Origin: a virus
Taxonomy: Duplodnaviria > Caudoviricetes
IMG/VR virus record: IMGVR_UViG_3300038379_000399
Location: 1 to 25,294 of that record
DNA: 25,294 bases
Reading direction: 5' to 3' (one strand)
The notes beneath the pieces were generated by a model. It saw only the letters and a list, made by a program, of their open reading frames with translations, ran no database searches and was not told the DNA's origin. Shown here piece by piece: positions 16,444-24,830 of this stretch (position 1 is the first letter of the stretch; each line of letters opens with the position of its first letter). Position numbers and translations under genes: made by a program.

Positions 16444-17417
16444 TTCGCAAGGTCGGATCACAATGGATCCTCTATTCCCATACGGGTAGAGCGCTCGGTA
16501 AATTCTCCTCGCGCGCGGGGGCGCTTGCGCGCGAGCGCGAGATCAACTACTTCAAGCATCGGCAAGACGCTAAAGAGCACACGGTCAATCTACTCCGCGC
16601 TCGCCGGGCGCTTGGACTAGCTCGCCGCGGCCGCCGCTTACCGCGCCAGATACCGCCGAAAACCATAGAGCGGGACTACGCCGCGGAGATCCTCCGAGTC
16701 AACGCCCGCATCCGCGAGATCCTGGCGCCAATCTTCGCCGCGCTCCCCCGACTCCTCGAATCGGTGGGGCGGGATCGCACACGCACGGATGTGGGCGAAG
16801 GTAAGATTATTCGCGAGCTATTCGAGCAAGCGCGCGGGCGGATGCGCGATGCCTTCACCCCGCGCGATATCGAGGCCCTTGCCGAGCGCTTCGCGCGCCG
16901 CACGTCCACGTACAACCGCGAGCAACTAGGGCGCCAAGTGCGCGCCGCGCTCGGAGCGGATGTATTCCAGGCCGATCGGCGCTTGCCCGCTATCATTGAA
17001 GGCTTCGTGTCGGAAAATGTCGCACTCATTCGCGGGCTCCCCGATCGAGTGCTTCAAGATATTGAACAAACGATTACGCGCGGTGTATCGAATGCGACTA
17101 CACCCGGCGCATTGGCGAAAGAACTTGAGGAGCGGCTCGGCATTGGCGAAGATAGAGCCAAGTTGATTGCGCGGGATCAAATAGGGAAGATCTACGGCCA
17201 GATCAATGCCGAGCGGCAACGCGAGCTAGGCGTTGATAAGTTCATTTGGCGCACGGTTAATGATGAGCGGGTGCGGCCGGAGCACGAGGAGCGCGACGGC
17301 AACGAGTACGCCTATTCCGATCCGCCCGATGGCGAATTGCCCGGCGAGCCCATCAATTGCCGATGTTACGCCGAGCCCGTGTTCTCCGCTATCTTGGAGG
17401 AGGCCGATGAAGGTTAA
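16440..17417 (+). CDS. Head morphogenesis protein (Mu F / SPP1 gp7 family)
   Basis: RAKLIARDQ, F.WRT..DERVR..H, PGEPINCRC.A.P; GTG start overlapping the upstream TGA. Confidence 0.9.
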   Translation: MIRKVGSQWILYSHTGRALGKFSSRAGALAREREINYFKHRQDAKEHTVNLLRARRALGLARRGRRLPRQIPPKTIERDYAAEILRVNARIREILAPIFAALPRLLESVGRDRTRTDVGEGKIIRELFEQARGRMRDAFTPRDIEALAERFARRTSTYNREQLGRQVRAALGADVFQADRRLPAIIEGFVSENVALIRGLPDRVLQDIEQTITRGVSNATTPGALAKELEERLGIGEDRAKLIARDQIGKIYGQINAERQRELGVDKFIWRTVNDERVRPEHEERDGNEYAYSDPPDGELPGEPINCRCYAEPVFSAILEEADEG

Positions 17418-17649
17418 ACTCACCAAGCTTTTGCCCGGCCGCAAGCAAAAGAAGATGTTGACGGGCGAGGCCAGCTACCCGCCGCGCGTGGGCGAGCCTT
17501 TCGTTGTGTGCGGGCCCTACACATTCGAAAAGAACTCCTACACCCAAGTGAGAACATCGCCCGTTACCGACGTACTTAGCGATGGGAAGTTTCGCACCGT
17601 GAATGGCTCGCTCTACAAGATCGAAATACTGGCACGCGAATGGAATTAG
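17407..17649 (+). CDS. Hypothetical protein (80 aa)
   Basis: GGAGGAGG SD before ATG 17407; RTS.V...FRT..GS.Y pattern. Confidence 0.7.
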   Translation: MKVKLTKLLPGRKQKKMLTGEASYPPRVGEPFVVCGPYTFEKNSYTQVRTSPVTDVLSDGKFRTVNGSLYKIEILAREWN

Positions 17650-18038
17650 ACGGCCTACTGATACTCCTTTTCGTGCTTGCCGCGCTCGGCGACTACTTGT
17701 CTTGCTTGTGGCATCAAGCCCGCGAAGCAAAGCGCGTGTGGCGCATTACGATTATTTCGATGTTGATCGAGGCCGTAAACTGGCTTCCGATCTGGCTTGC
17801 CATCATGCAAGAGGATCTCCGTATTGCCGCGGTATCGATCGTCGGTAGCGGGCTCGGCACCTTACTTGGGGCATCCCGTTTGAATTGGGAGCAAGAGGAG
17901 CCCGAAGTAAAGAAGCCGACGATCACCACCCTCGCCGCGCCCGATGCGCCAGCGGTGGAGTATACGCTTCGGCAAGAGGGGCCAGGCACCGTTTCTGTTT
18001 TGATTGAGACGAGTGCGCTCGGGGTCAAAAAGCCATAA
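17640..18038 (+). CDS. Small membrane protein (about 3 TM segments)
   Basis: Three hydrophobic stretches in the first ~80 aa; overlaps the upstream stop. Confidence 0.65.
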   Translation: MELDGLLILLFVLAALGDYLSCLWHQAREAKRVWRITIISMLIEAVNWLPIWLAIMQEDLRIAAVSIVGSGLGTLLGASRLNWEQEEPEVKKPTITTLAAPDAPAVEYTLRQEGPGTVSVLIETSALGVKKP

Positions 18039-18344
18039 TCGATCTCCGCATTGGCCTGCTATGCACACCCAATGCTCCCACCGATCGACGCATAAGATTA
18101 GAGGTGCGACGGGCGCCCATTCGAGTAGCCACTTGCGCGCCTCGCCGTGGTGCCCGGTCGCAAACTCCACGGTCTGATACCCGAGCGCTTCGCCAGCGCG
18201 CGCGATATCATGCTCATCGGCGCCATCATCTCCGATCTCCATGAGTTCCGCGATGCGCCGCTGGCTAACGTTACGCCCGTGAATTCGCAAAGCATTTTGT
18301 ACGCTGGCGGGCGCGCACCAATGTGGGCGTTTCTGGTACGTCAC
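17862..18344 (-). CDS. C39-like papain-fold cysteine peptidase
   Basis: YQ....WCAPAS (Gln/Cys), EHWV (His), LFDP (Asp), downstream L.RW. Confidence 0.8.
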   Translation of the reverse strand: MTYQKRPHWCAPASVQNALRIHGRNVSQRRIAELMEIGDDGADEHDIARAGEALGYQTVEFATGHHGEARKWLLEWAPVAPLILCVDRWEHWVCIAGQCGDRLWLFDPERTRLNQNRNGAWPLLPKRILHRWRIGRGEGGDRRLLYFGLLLLPIQTGCPK

Positions 18345-18353
18345 GGCTTCCCG

Positions 18354-18361
18354 AGTATACT
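18354..18361. promoter_or_regulatory. Palindromic bidirectional -10 element AGTATACT
   Basis: Reads TATACT on both strands, 8 and 9 nt from the divergent GTG starts at 18370 and 18344. Confidence 0.5.
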
Positions 18362-18369
18362 ATAGGCGA

Positions 18370-19443
18370 GTGGCGCTTCGCTATGACATTGGCACGCTTC
18401 GCTCGCCCACCAAGTATGCGGATGGGCGAATCCGAGTAGACGGTTACCTCACCCGCACGGGTGTGTTTGAGTACCGCAACGCGGATGGTTCGTTGCGCCG
18501 CGAATATCGGCCGCCCGAAGAGGTATTCAAAGCCGATTCGCTGGCCAGTTTCCAACTCGTGCCGCTCACCGATAACCACCCGCCCGAAATGGTAACGGCG
18601 CAGAACGCCAAGCAATTCGCGATCGGCGCGGTGGGCGAAACCGTGCGCCAGGATGGCGATAAAGTCGCGGCAACCATTATCGTGTATGACGCGGCCACGA
18701 TCTCTAAGCTGGAACGTGGAAAAGTTCAGTTGTCTTGCGGGTATGAAGCCGATGTAGAGGATTCACCAGGTGAGATCGACGGCCAACGTTATGACGCAAT
18801 CCAGCGGAATATCCGCGGGAACCATGTTGCGTTGGTAGATGTAGGGCGAGCGGGGCCCGACGTGCGCGTCCGAATGGATGCGGGTATAATGGTTCCAGAG
18901 CCCCGCACCGATTTTATTATCGAGGATCGAATGGACGAAAAACTCACTGAGGCACTTGCAAAGGTCGCCGAACTTCAAGTAGAATGCGCTTCTCAGAAGG
19001 CGCGCGCCGACAAGGCCGAATCCGATCGCGATACCGCACAAGCGGGCGCGGATGCGAAGCAAAAAGAACTCGATGCGGCCGTGAAAGCCCGCACCGATTC
19101 TGAAAGCACTTTCTTGGATCGCGTGCGCGCTCGCGTAGCGCTCGAAACCAAGGCCGCTTCGGTACTCGGCGCCGATGCCAAGGTCGAAACCCTTTCCGAT
19201 CGCGATATCAAAATCGCGGTTGTCAAGAAAGTGGATGGCGAGGATCTCCCCGCCGAAAAAAGCGAAGCCTATGTAGACGGCCGCTATGATGCTTCAATTT
19301 CGCGATTCGCGAAAACCGATGCGGCGCTGGCGAATGCTCGGGAAGCCGCGCAAGAGGCTACTTCCGCTCCGGCCGATACCGAAGCGGATGCCCGCAAAAA
19401 GATGATCGAGCGTAATCGCAATGCTTGGAAAGGTGCTAAGTAA
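18370..19443 (+). CDS. Prohead protease/scaffold (DUF2213 family)
   Basis: RTGVF.Y, RP.EEVF..DSL.S, P.T..HP, LS.GY, Q.NI..NHVALV..GRAG; coiled-coil C-terminal half. Confidence 0.92.
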   Translation: MALRYDIGTLRSPTKYADGRIRVDGYLTRTGVFEYRNADGSLRREYRPPEEVFKADSLASFQLVPLTDNHPPEMVTAQNAKQFAIGAVGETVRQDGDKVAATIIVYDAATISKLERGKVQLSCGYEADVEDSPGEIDGQRYDAIQRNIRGNHVALVDVGRAGPDVRVRMDAGIMVPEPRTDFIIEDRMDEKLTEALAKVAELQVECASQKARADKAESDRDTAQAGADAKQKELDAAVKARTDSESTFLDRVRARVALETKAASVLGADAKVETLSDRDIKIAVVKKVDGEDLPAEKSEAYVDGRYDASISRFAKTDAALANAREAAQEATSAPADTEADARKKMIERNRNAWKGAK

Positions 19444-19946
19444 TGGCCGTTCAAACTTCATATTCTACTAACCTCGCCGTGGCCTTCGAAGGCATGAGGG
19501 CTGATTCCGGCCCGTGCGATGTTTGGTCCATGGTTAACAACGAAGGCTCGGCGGAGATTCCGTTCGGTCACGCGGTTGCTTTCGAAGGAAGCACCGATGA
19601 TCAAGGCGCGCTTTCCCCCGATGCGCTGGCCGATATTCTGGCCGGCATCGTGCTTCATAGTCACGACTACTCCAACTCGCCAAATGGTGATCTTGGTACC
19701 ACGGGCTTGAAGCCGGGCGCGGCGTTGAATGTTCTCCGCAAGGGGCGCATTTGGGGCCGTTGCGCGGATGGTTGCTCGCCTGGCGATCGCCTCTTCGTTC
19801 GAGTGCTTGGCGGTACCGAGGGCGAACTCCGTGCGAGCGCGGATGGCGTTAACACGATCGATGCTTCCACCCAAGGAGTTTGGTTGACCACGGCCGCGGC
19901 CGGTGAGTTGGCCGTTCTCGAAGTTGATTTCACCAACACGCCGTAA
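19443..19946 (+). CDS. Head decoration / capsid cement protein
   Basis: Between protease and capsid genes; Q..Y, IPFG.AV, VLRKGRIW pattern. Confidence 0.75.
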   Translation: MAVQTSYSTNLAVAFEGMRADSGPCDVWSMVNNEGSAEIPFGHAVAFEGSTDDQGALSPDALADILAGIVLHSHDYSNSPNGDLGTTGLKPGAALNVLRKGRIWGRCADGCSPGDRLFVRVLGGTEGELRASADGVNTIDASTQGVWLTTAAAGELAVLEVDFTNTP

Positions 19947-19970
19947 ATTCGGGGAGTTTAGGATAAACGT

Positions 19971-20879
19971 ATGAAATACCGTTTCGATCAAATGGATGCT
20001 AGCGAGAATGCCTTTTTCTCGCGCCAGCTTGAACATATCCGCCCGGGTTTGTTCGAAGTTCAGTATCCCGAATTTAAGGCGCGGATGTTCCTTCCGATCA
20101 ATAACTCGATTCATCCCGGAGCCGAGGAGTTCACCTATCGCCAATTTGATAAGGTGGGCAAGGCGAAGATGATCGCGGACTACGGTTCCGATCTTCCGAG
20201 CGCGGATGTATTCGCGGCCGAGACAAGCCAGAAGATCCGCGGCTTCGGCACGTCCTACACGTACTCGATGCAAGAGGCGCGCGCCGCTATGATGGCGCAG
20301 CTTCCGCTCGATGCGCGCAAGGCCAACGCGGCCCGCCATGCCATGGAGCAAAAACTCGATGAGACCTTGCTCCTTGGCGAAGCGACGGCCAACCTTTCCG
20401 GCCTCTTCACCTTGTCGGGTACTACCTCTTTCTCGCCGGGCTTCGGCGTGTGGGAAGGTAACACGGCGGATGAGATCGTTTCGGATCTGAATGGCATTGC
20501 TAACGCGATTGTTAACGGCACCTCCGGTGTGGAAACCCCGGATACGATCGTGCTTCCGCTTACGAGCTACAATCTCATCGCTTCCAAGCGCATGGGCGAT
20601 GGCTCGGACGTTACGGTTCTACGCCATTTCCTCGGAGTTAGTCCCTACATTCGCAGCGTGGAATGGAGCCATCGGCTCGAGTCTAACGCGGCTTGGACTG
20701 GCAAGCGGATGGTTTGCTATCGCAAAGATCCGATGAAGCTTGAGGGCTTGATCCCGCAAGAATTCGAGCAACTCGCGCCGCAATTTAATGGCTTCGCAGT
20801 GAAGACCCTTTGCCACGCGCGTTGCGGTGGCGTGGTTCTTTACTTCCCGAAGTCGGTTGCCTACGGCGACGGTATCTAA
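19971..20879 (+). CDS. Major capsid protein (DUF2184-type HK97 fold)
   Basis: F..RQLE.I, G.A..I.D...DLP, Y.YS..E, PDT..LP, R.GGV....P....Y.DGI C-terminus; position in head operon. Confidence 0.92.
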   Translation: MKYRFDQMDASENAFFSRQLEHIRPGLFEVQYPEFKARMFLPINNSIHPGAEEFTYRQFDKVGKAKMIADYGSDLPSADVFAAETSQKIRGFGTSYTYSMQEARAAMMAQLPLDARKANAARHAMEQKLDETLLLGEATANLSGLFTLSGTTSFSPGFGVWEGNTADEIVSDLNGIANAIVNGTSGVETPDTIVLPLTSYNLIASKRMGDGSDVTVLRHFLGVSPYIRSVEWSHRLESNAAWTGKRMVCYRKDPMKLEGLIPQEFEQLAPQFNGFAVKTLCHARCGGVVLYFPKSVAYGDGI

Positions 20880-20887
20880 ACTAAACT

Positions 20888-20929
20888 GCCCGGGGTCATA
20901 CCCCACCGTGTATCACCCCGGGCTTCTAT
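20888..20929 (+). terminator. Hairpin after the capsid gene (terminator/attenuator)
   Basis: GCCCGGGGT-C-ATAC...GTAT-C-ACCCCGGGC followed by a weak TTCTAT tail. Confidence 0.55.
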
Positions 20930-20944
20930 CCGAGGAGGAGTCCG

Positions 20945-21313
20945 ATGGGCGCGAATAACAGCGAACTCGCCCTGATCGGGCAATTCGGGGCCGCGAAGCA
21001 ATACTCGTTTGACGACACGGGGTACACGCTTATCGGGCCCTTGCCCCGTAGTTGGTACACCATCGTGGCACTTTCTACGGAGGCGTCAATATCCCCGCAA
21101 AGCGGCTCCGGTATTGCTACGGCGATGGATGGGGATGATGCTTCGGCCACGGTCTATGCGGCCGATGCCCTAGACCGATTTTGCGTGAACTTCGAGCCCG
21201 GGGATACGCTCCCCCCGTATGTGCCCGATGATCGCTATATCGCCATCAAAGCCACGAGCGGCGCGGGGACTATCAAACTCCGCCCAATGCGCATCGGGGT
21301 AACCCTCCCATGA
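20945..21313 (+). CDS. Hypothetical virion-associated protein (122 aa)
   Basis: GAGGAGGAG SD; ATGA coupling downstream. Confidence 0.7.
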   Translation: MGANNSELALIGQFGAAKQYSFDDTGYTLIGPLPRSWYTIVALSTEASISPQSGSGIATAMDGDDASATVYAADALDRFCVNFEPGDTLPPYVPDDRYIAIKATSGAGTIKLRPMRIGVTLP

Positions 21314-22602
21314 GCCGCACCCCTCTATTCGGGGGGCTGTACGGTTCGCCTCATGCTTCTAGTGGCGGGGGCGGAGGCCCGCCCTCGGGCTCGGCTGGCG
21401 GGGATTTAGGAGGCTCCTACCCCGGGCCGATCATCGCGCGCCCGCGCATCGAATACGTCTACCGCCCTGGTGGGGTCGCGAGCGGTAATGTCTATACCAC
21501 TTTCGCCACCGCTATCTCCGCGGCGCAAGGCGTGGCCGGGCGAGCCCTGATCCGAGTCGATGATTCTATCACTTCCCCCGCCCCGGTACCATCTGGCACT
21601 TACAATCTAGAAGGCATCACGCTTGCGGGCGATCCCGATGCGCCGACCCCAACGCTATTGCAGTTGGCCGAGGGCGCAACCTTCACCGAATTTCGCCACG
21701 CGGTCGATAACTTGCAAATTGATTTTGCGGGCTCCTCGCCTCCATGCACCGATTTGGCGGATGGTGAAAGCGTGGTTATCGAGCGCACGGCCTCGCTTTC
21801 ATGTTCTGGCACGGGCGCGTTTTTCAACCTTGGCGGTATCGCTAGTAGCGAGCGCGCCTTATTCTATATCCGCGATGGCGCCTATTTCAACGATGATATA
21901 GGCCCAATCATCCACGCGCCGACTAGTGGAAGCGAATTCGTTACCTATTTAGTCTCGGGCGGTGCGATTGAGGGCGATACGATCTCGGGCGTGGTCGGCT
22001 CTACATGGCGCCGCACGATTGTGGACGCCGGGATATACAACCCGACGCAACCCGACTTTCTCGGCACGGTGATCGATGAGATCCCCTTGCACGGCGATAC
22101 GCACGAGCAAGGCGGGCTCGATGAACTCACGGTGCAAGATTTGGGCTCGGGCGCGGCCACGGCCGGGCAAACAATCGAGGCCGATGGGGCGGGGGGCTGG
22201 AATCTAACTACCCCAAGTTCGGCCCCGGCTGTACTCACATGGGGGGATGATAGTATTGCCGCGGCGGCCGATACCCGCTACTTGACGCCAGGGCGCGGCG
22301 CAACTGCTAGCACTACCGACACGCGCCAAATGCCGAGCCCGCGCGCGGGCACGTTACGCAACCTTTACGTGCGGCACAATTCGGCGGCCGGAAACGGTAA
22401 TAGCGTGGTATATACCGTCATGATTAACGGGGTTGCAACCGGCATCACGGTAACGCTTGCATCGGCGGCCGCGGGGCAAGCATCCGATCTAGTTAACACG
22501 GCGGCCGTAGTACAAGGCGATCGCATCTCGCTACGCGCCACCAAAGCTTTAAGCATCGGCGCGGGCGGGCAAGATGTACAAGTCGGCTTGGAGTTCGCAT
22601 AA
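21310..22602 (+). CDS. Putative virion fibre/spike protein
   Basis: GSAGGDLG.SYP.P motif, H..TH..GG.D.L motif, beta-rich C-terminal domain. Confidence 0.6.
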   Translation: MSRTPLFGGLYGSPHASSGGGGGPPSGSAGGDLGGSYPGPIIARPRIEYVYRPGGVASGNVYTTFATAISAAQGVAGRALIRVDDSITSPAPVPSGTYNLEGITLAGDPDAPTPTLLQLAEGATFTEFRHAVDNLQIDFAGSSPPCTDLADGESVVIERTASLSCSGTGAFFNLGGIASSERALFYIRDGAYFNDDIGPIIHAPTSGSEFVTYLVSGGAIEGDTISGVVGSTWRRTIVDAGIYNPTQPDFLGTVIDEIPLHGDTHEQGGLDELTVQDLGSGAATAGQTIEADGAGGWNLTTPSSAPAVLTWGDDSIAAAADTRYLTPGRGATASTTDTRQMPSPRAGTLRNLYVRHNSAAGNGNSVVYTVMINGVATGITVTLASAAAGQASDLVNTAAVVQGDRISLRATKALSIGAGGQDVQVGLEFA

Positions 22603-23837
22603 TGGCGATCGTAACTCGTAGATACAAGCTTACCGGCCCGGCCAATGCCGATCTTACCCTCAAGGTTGGGGCATCGGCCGCGCAAAACACATCTTTTCCG
22701 GTTGCCGTTGTGGATGTGGACGTGGACGATGCCGTGGCCGGATCAACTACCGCGCTCGATGAATTCATGGCGCAATTTGGCTTCGTATTTGATGCCGCGG
22801 CCGTACCTAGCGTGCCATTCGCAACGGCCGACAAAAGCAAGCTTGACGGAGTAAGCTCCGGGGCAACTAACACACCGCTTGCTAGCACCACGCCCGCCGA
22901 TACTACAAAAGCCGCGGCGGCTATCGGTGTATCTACCACCGCGGCTCGCTCCGATCACAAGCATGATATCTCCACGGCCGCGGCCGCGGAACTAACCGAC
23001 TCTACGAATGCAGAGGGGTCGGCCACATCACTTGCCCGGTCCGATCATACCCACGCGCACGGCACGCGCGGTGGCGGGAATTTACACGCGGACGCGACCC
23101 CGAGCGTAGCCGGCTTTATGTCGGCCGCGGACAAACTCAAACTTGACGGTATCAGCGGCGGGGGCTTCGCGCTCGCCGACTTGGTGGTTTTCGATCACTT
23201 CCAGGGCGGTAATGTGGATGCCGATGAGTTTGGGCTCATGGGCTGGCGCATTCACGTCGGCGGTACTGGCCCGGATGTGGACTTCGCGGCGGGTGTGGCC
23301 GGCCATCCCGGCATCGTGCGGCTCGAAAGTGGCACTACGGCCGCCGCGCGCGCGGCTATCGCGCTAGGCGATACGGTTACAGGCGGGCGAATTGTGGTAG
23401 GCGGTAACAACCCAATCGTATGCGAGGCCGTGGTGCGCTTGCCCGATGCCACGAGCGTAACAAACACTCAAGAGGTAACGCTCGGGCTCGGGCTCGATTG
23501 GGATGCAGATGTAGAACTGGCCGATGGTATCTACTTTAGATATACCCCGGGCACGGATACTTTCTGGTCTTTGGTGTGCGCGAGCGGCGGAGTGCGTACC
23601 GTGCGCGCATCCGGCACGATACCCGTGGCCGGTAATTGGGTGCGTTTAGGATTCTCCGCAACGGCCACTAGCGTAACCTTTCTCTTGAACGGAGTTGCGC
23701 AAGGCGCGGCAATCACCACGAATATACCCACGATTGGATTGGGCTTCGGCGCAAAGAATCGCGCAAACGGTGTGGCCGAGTCATTATTTGATATCGACTA
23801 CGTTGCTCTCACCCAAGTTACCGACAAGGAAACATAA
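22602..23837 (+). CDS. Putative virion fibre protein with lectin/ConA-like C-terminus
   Basis: DKSKLDG and GFMSAADKLKLDG repeats; ARSDHKH and ARSDHTHAH repeats; C-terminal beta-sandwich ending F.IDY. Confidence 0.65.
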   Translation: MAIVTRRYKLTGPANADLTLKVGASAAQNTSFPVAVVDVDVDDAVAGSTTALDEFMAQFGFVFDAAAVPSVPFATADKSKLDGVSSGATNTPLASTTPADTTKAAAAIGVSTTAARSDHKHDISTAAAAELTDSTNAEGSATSLARSDHTHAHGTRGGGNLHADATPSVAGFMSAADKLKLDGISGGGFALADLVVFDHFQGGNVDADEFGLMGWRIHVGGTGPDVDFAAGVAGHPGIVRLESGTTAAARAAIALGDTVTGGRIVVGGNNPIVCEAVVRLPDATSVTNTQEVTLGLGLDWDADVELADGIYFRYTPGTDTFWSLVCASGGVRTVRASGTIPVAGNWVRLGFSATATSVTFLLNGVAQGAAITTNIPTIGLGFGAKNRANGVAESLFDIDYVALTQVTDKET

Positions 23838-24457
23838 TGCCCACACCTGTCATACACCCATTCCCAATCCGGCGCCCCGGCTTCATTGCACAGGCATCAT
23901 GGATTGGCCCGAATGACGATCTCGCACTCCAGCCCGTTTATTATGATTCAGCGGGGATCCTCCGCACGATCACTCTTAGAACGCGCACCACCGATTACGC
24001 GGGCGAGATTTGCTTACCTACTTCGAACGACGTGGCCGATATGGGCCCGCGTGTGCGCGATATCCTAGCTGCACATGTCCGCATGGCCATGATGCTTCGG
24101 GGATTCGCTATCCCGGGCTCGGTCGAATTCGAGCAAGTGCTAACCGAGCAATCCCAAACATCGAACTTTCAAACCGCGGTGGGCGCGGTGAAATGCACCG
24201 ATGTAATTTTTATCAATGATCAAATCGTCGAATTGGAGTTCCAGAAAGGTTCAGGGCCGAAGCGTAAGTATCAATTCGACTACGGCGAGTTGCAAAACTA
24301 TTCATTCGCCCCATCCACCCAACTCTTCATTATCGCGGGCGCAGTCGAAAAACAATTCCCGACCTATAACCACGATTTCACCGCGGGCGTTTTCTTAACG
24401 GAATCGCAGAAGCAAGATATCGTTGATTACGTGCTTACTCTGAGCCCGTGGATGTAA
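23837..24457 (+). CDS. Hypothetical protein (206 aa)
   Basis: AAGGA SD; TAATG coupling. Confidence 0.7.
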   Translation: MPTPVIHPFPIRRPGFIAQASWIGPNDDLALQPVYYDSAGILRTITLRTRTTDYAGEICLPTSNDVADMGPRVRDILAAHVRMAMMLRGFAIPGSVEFEQVLTEQSQTSNFQTAVGAVKCTDVIFINDQIVELEFQKGSGPKRKYQFDYGELQNYSFAPSTQLFIIAGAVEKQFPTYNHDFTAGVFLTESQKQDIVDYVLTLSPWM

Positions 24458-24458
24458 T

Positions 24459-24830
24459 ATGGCTGCTATCACTTGGCCAAATGTAGTTGACTTCGCCCCC
24501 GAGCTGTCGGCCTTCGATGCGGATGCGCAAACCCCGATCCTGGCCTATGTCAATGATGAGGCTTTCCACCTTGATTCATGGGGCGGCGAGGATTCCTCTA
24601 CATTGCGGCTCGGGCGAATCTATCTGGCCGCCCATATGGCGACGATCAGTAACTCGGGCGGTAGTGCGGTGGCCGGGCCGGTCACTTCAGAAACGGCGGG
24701 CGGCTTGAGTCGATCTTACGGATTCATGTCCAGCGTTGAAGCCGACCCCCTACTTGATGCTACGCCATATGGGCGGCTCTTTCGCGAGCTACTTCGCCGC
24801 ACCCCGGCCAGATCGGCACTACTCCTCTAA
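24459..24830 (+). CDS. Head-tail adaptor (DUF4054-type)
   Basis: PE, YLAAH, SE..G.LS.SY, T.YG..F..L motifs. Confidence 0.85.
   Translation: MAAITWPNVVDFAPELSAFDADAQTPILAYVNDEAFHLDSWGGEDSSTLRLGRIYLAAHMATISNSGGSAVAGPVTSETAGGLSRSYGFMSSVEADPLLDATPYGRLFRELLRRTPARSALLL

Noticed and set aside
17640-18038. Holin call
   Set aside because: Hydrophobic, but no adjacent endolysin or spanin and no diagnostic motif; left as membrane protein
19458-20351. 297-aa antisense ORF and many similar shadow ORFs
   Set aside because: They lie opposite well-supported genes, show no motifs and are expected in GC-rich DNA
19971-20879. Encapsulin nanocompartment
   Set aside because: The gene sits within a complete phage head operon, so it is the major capsid protein
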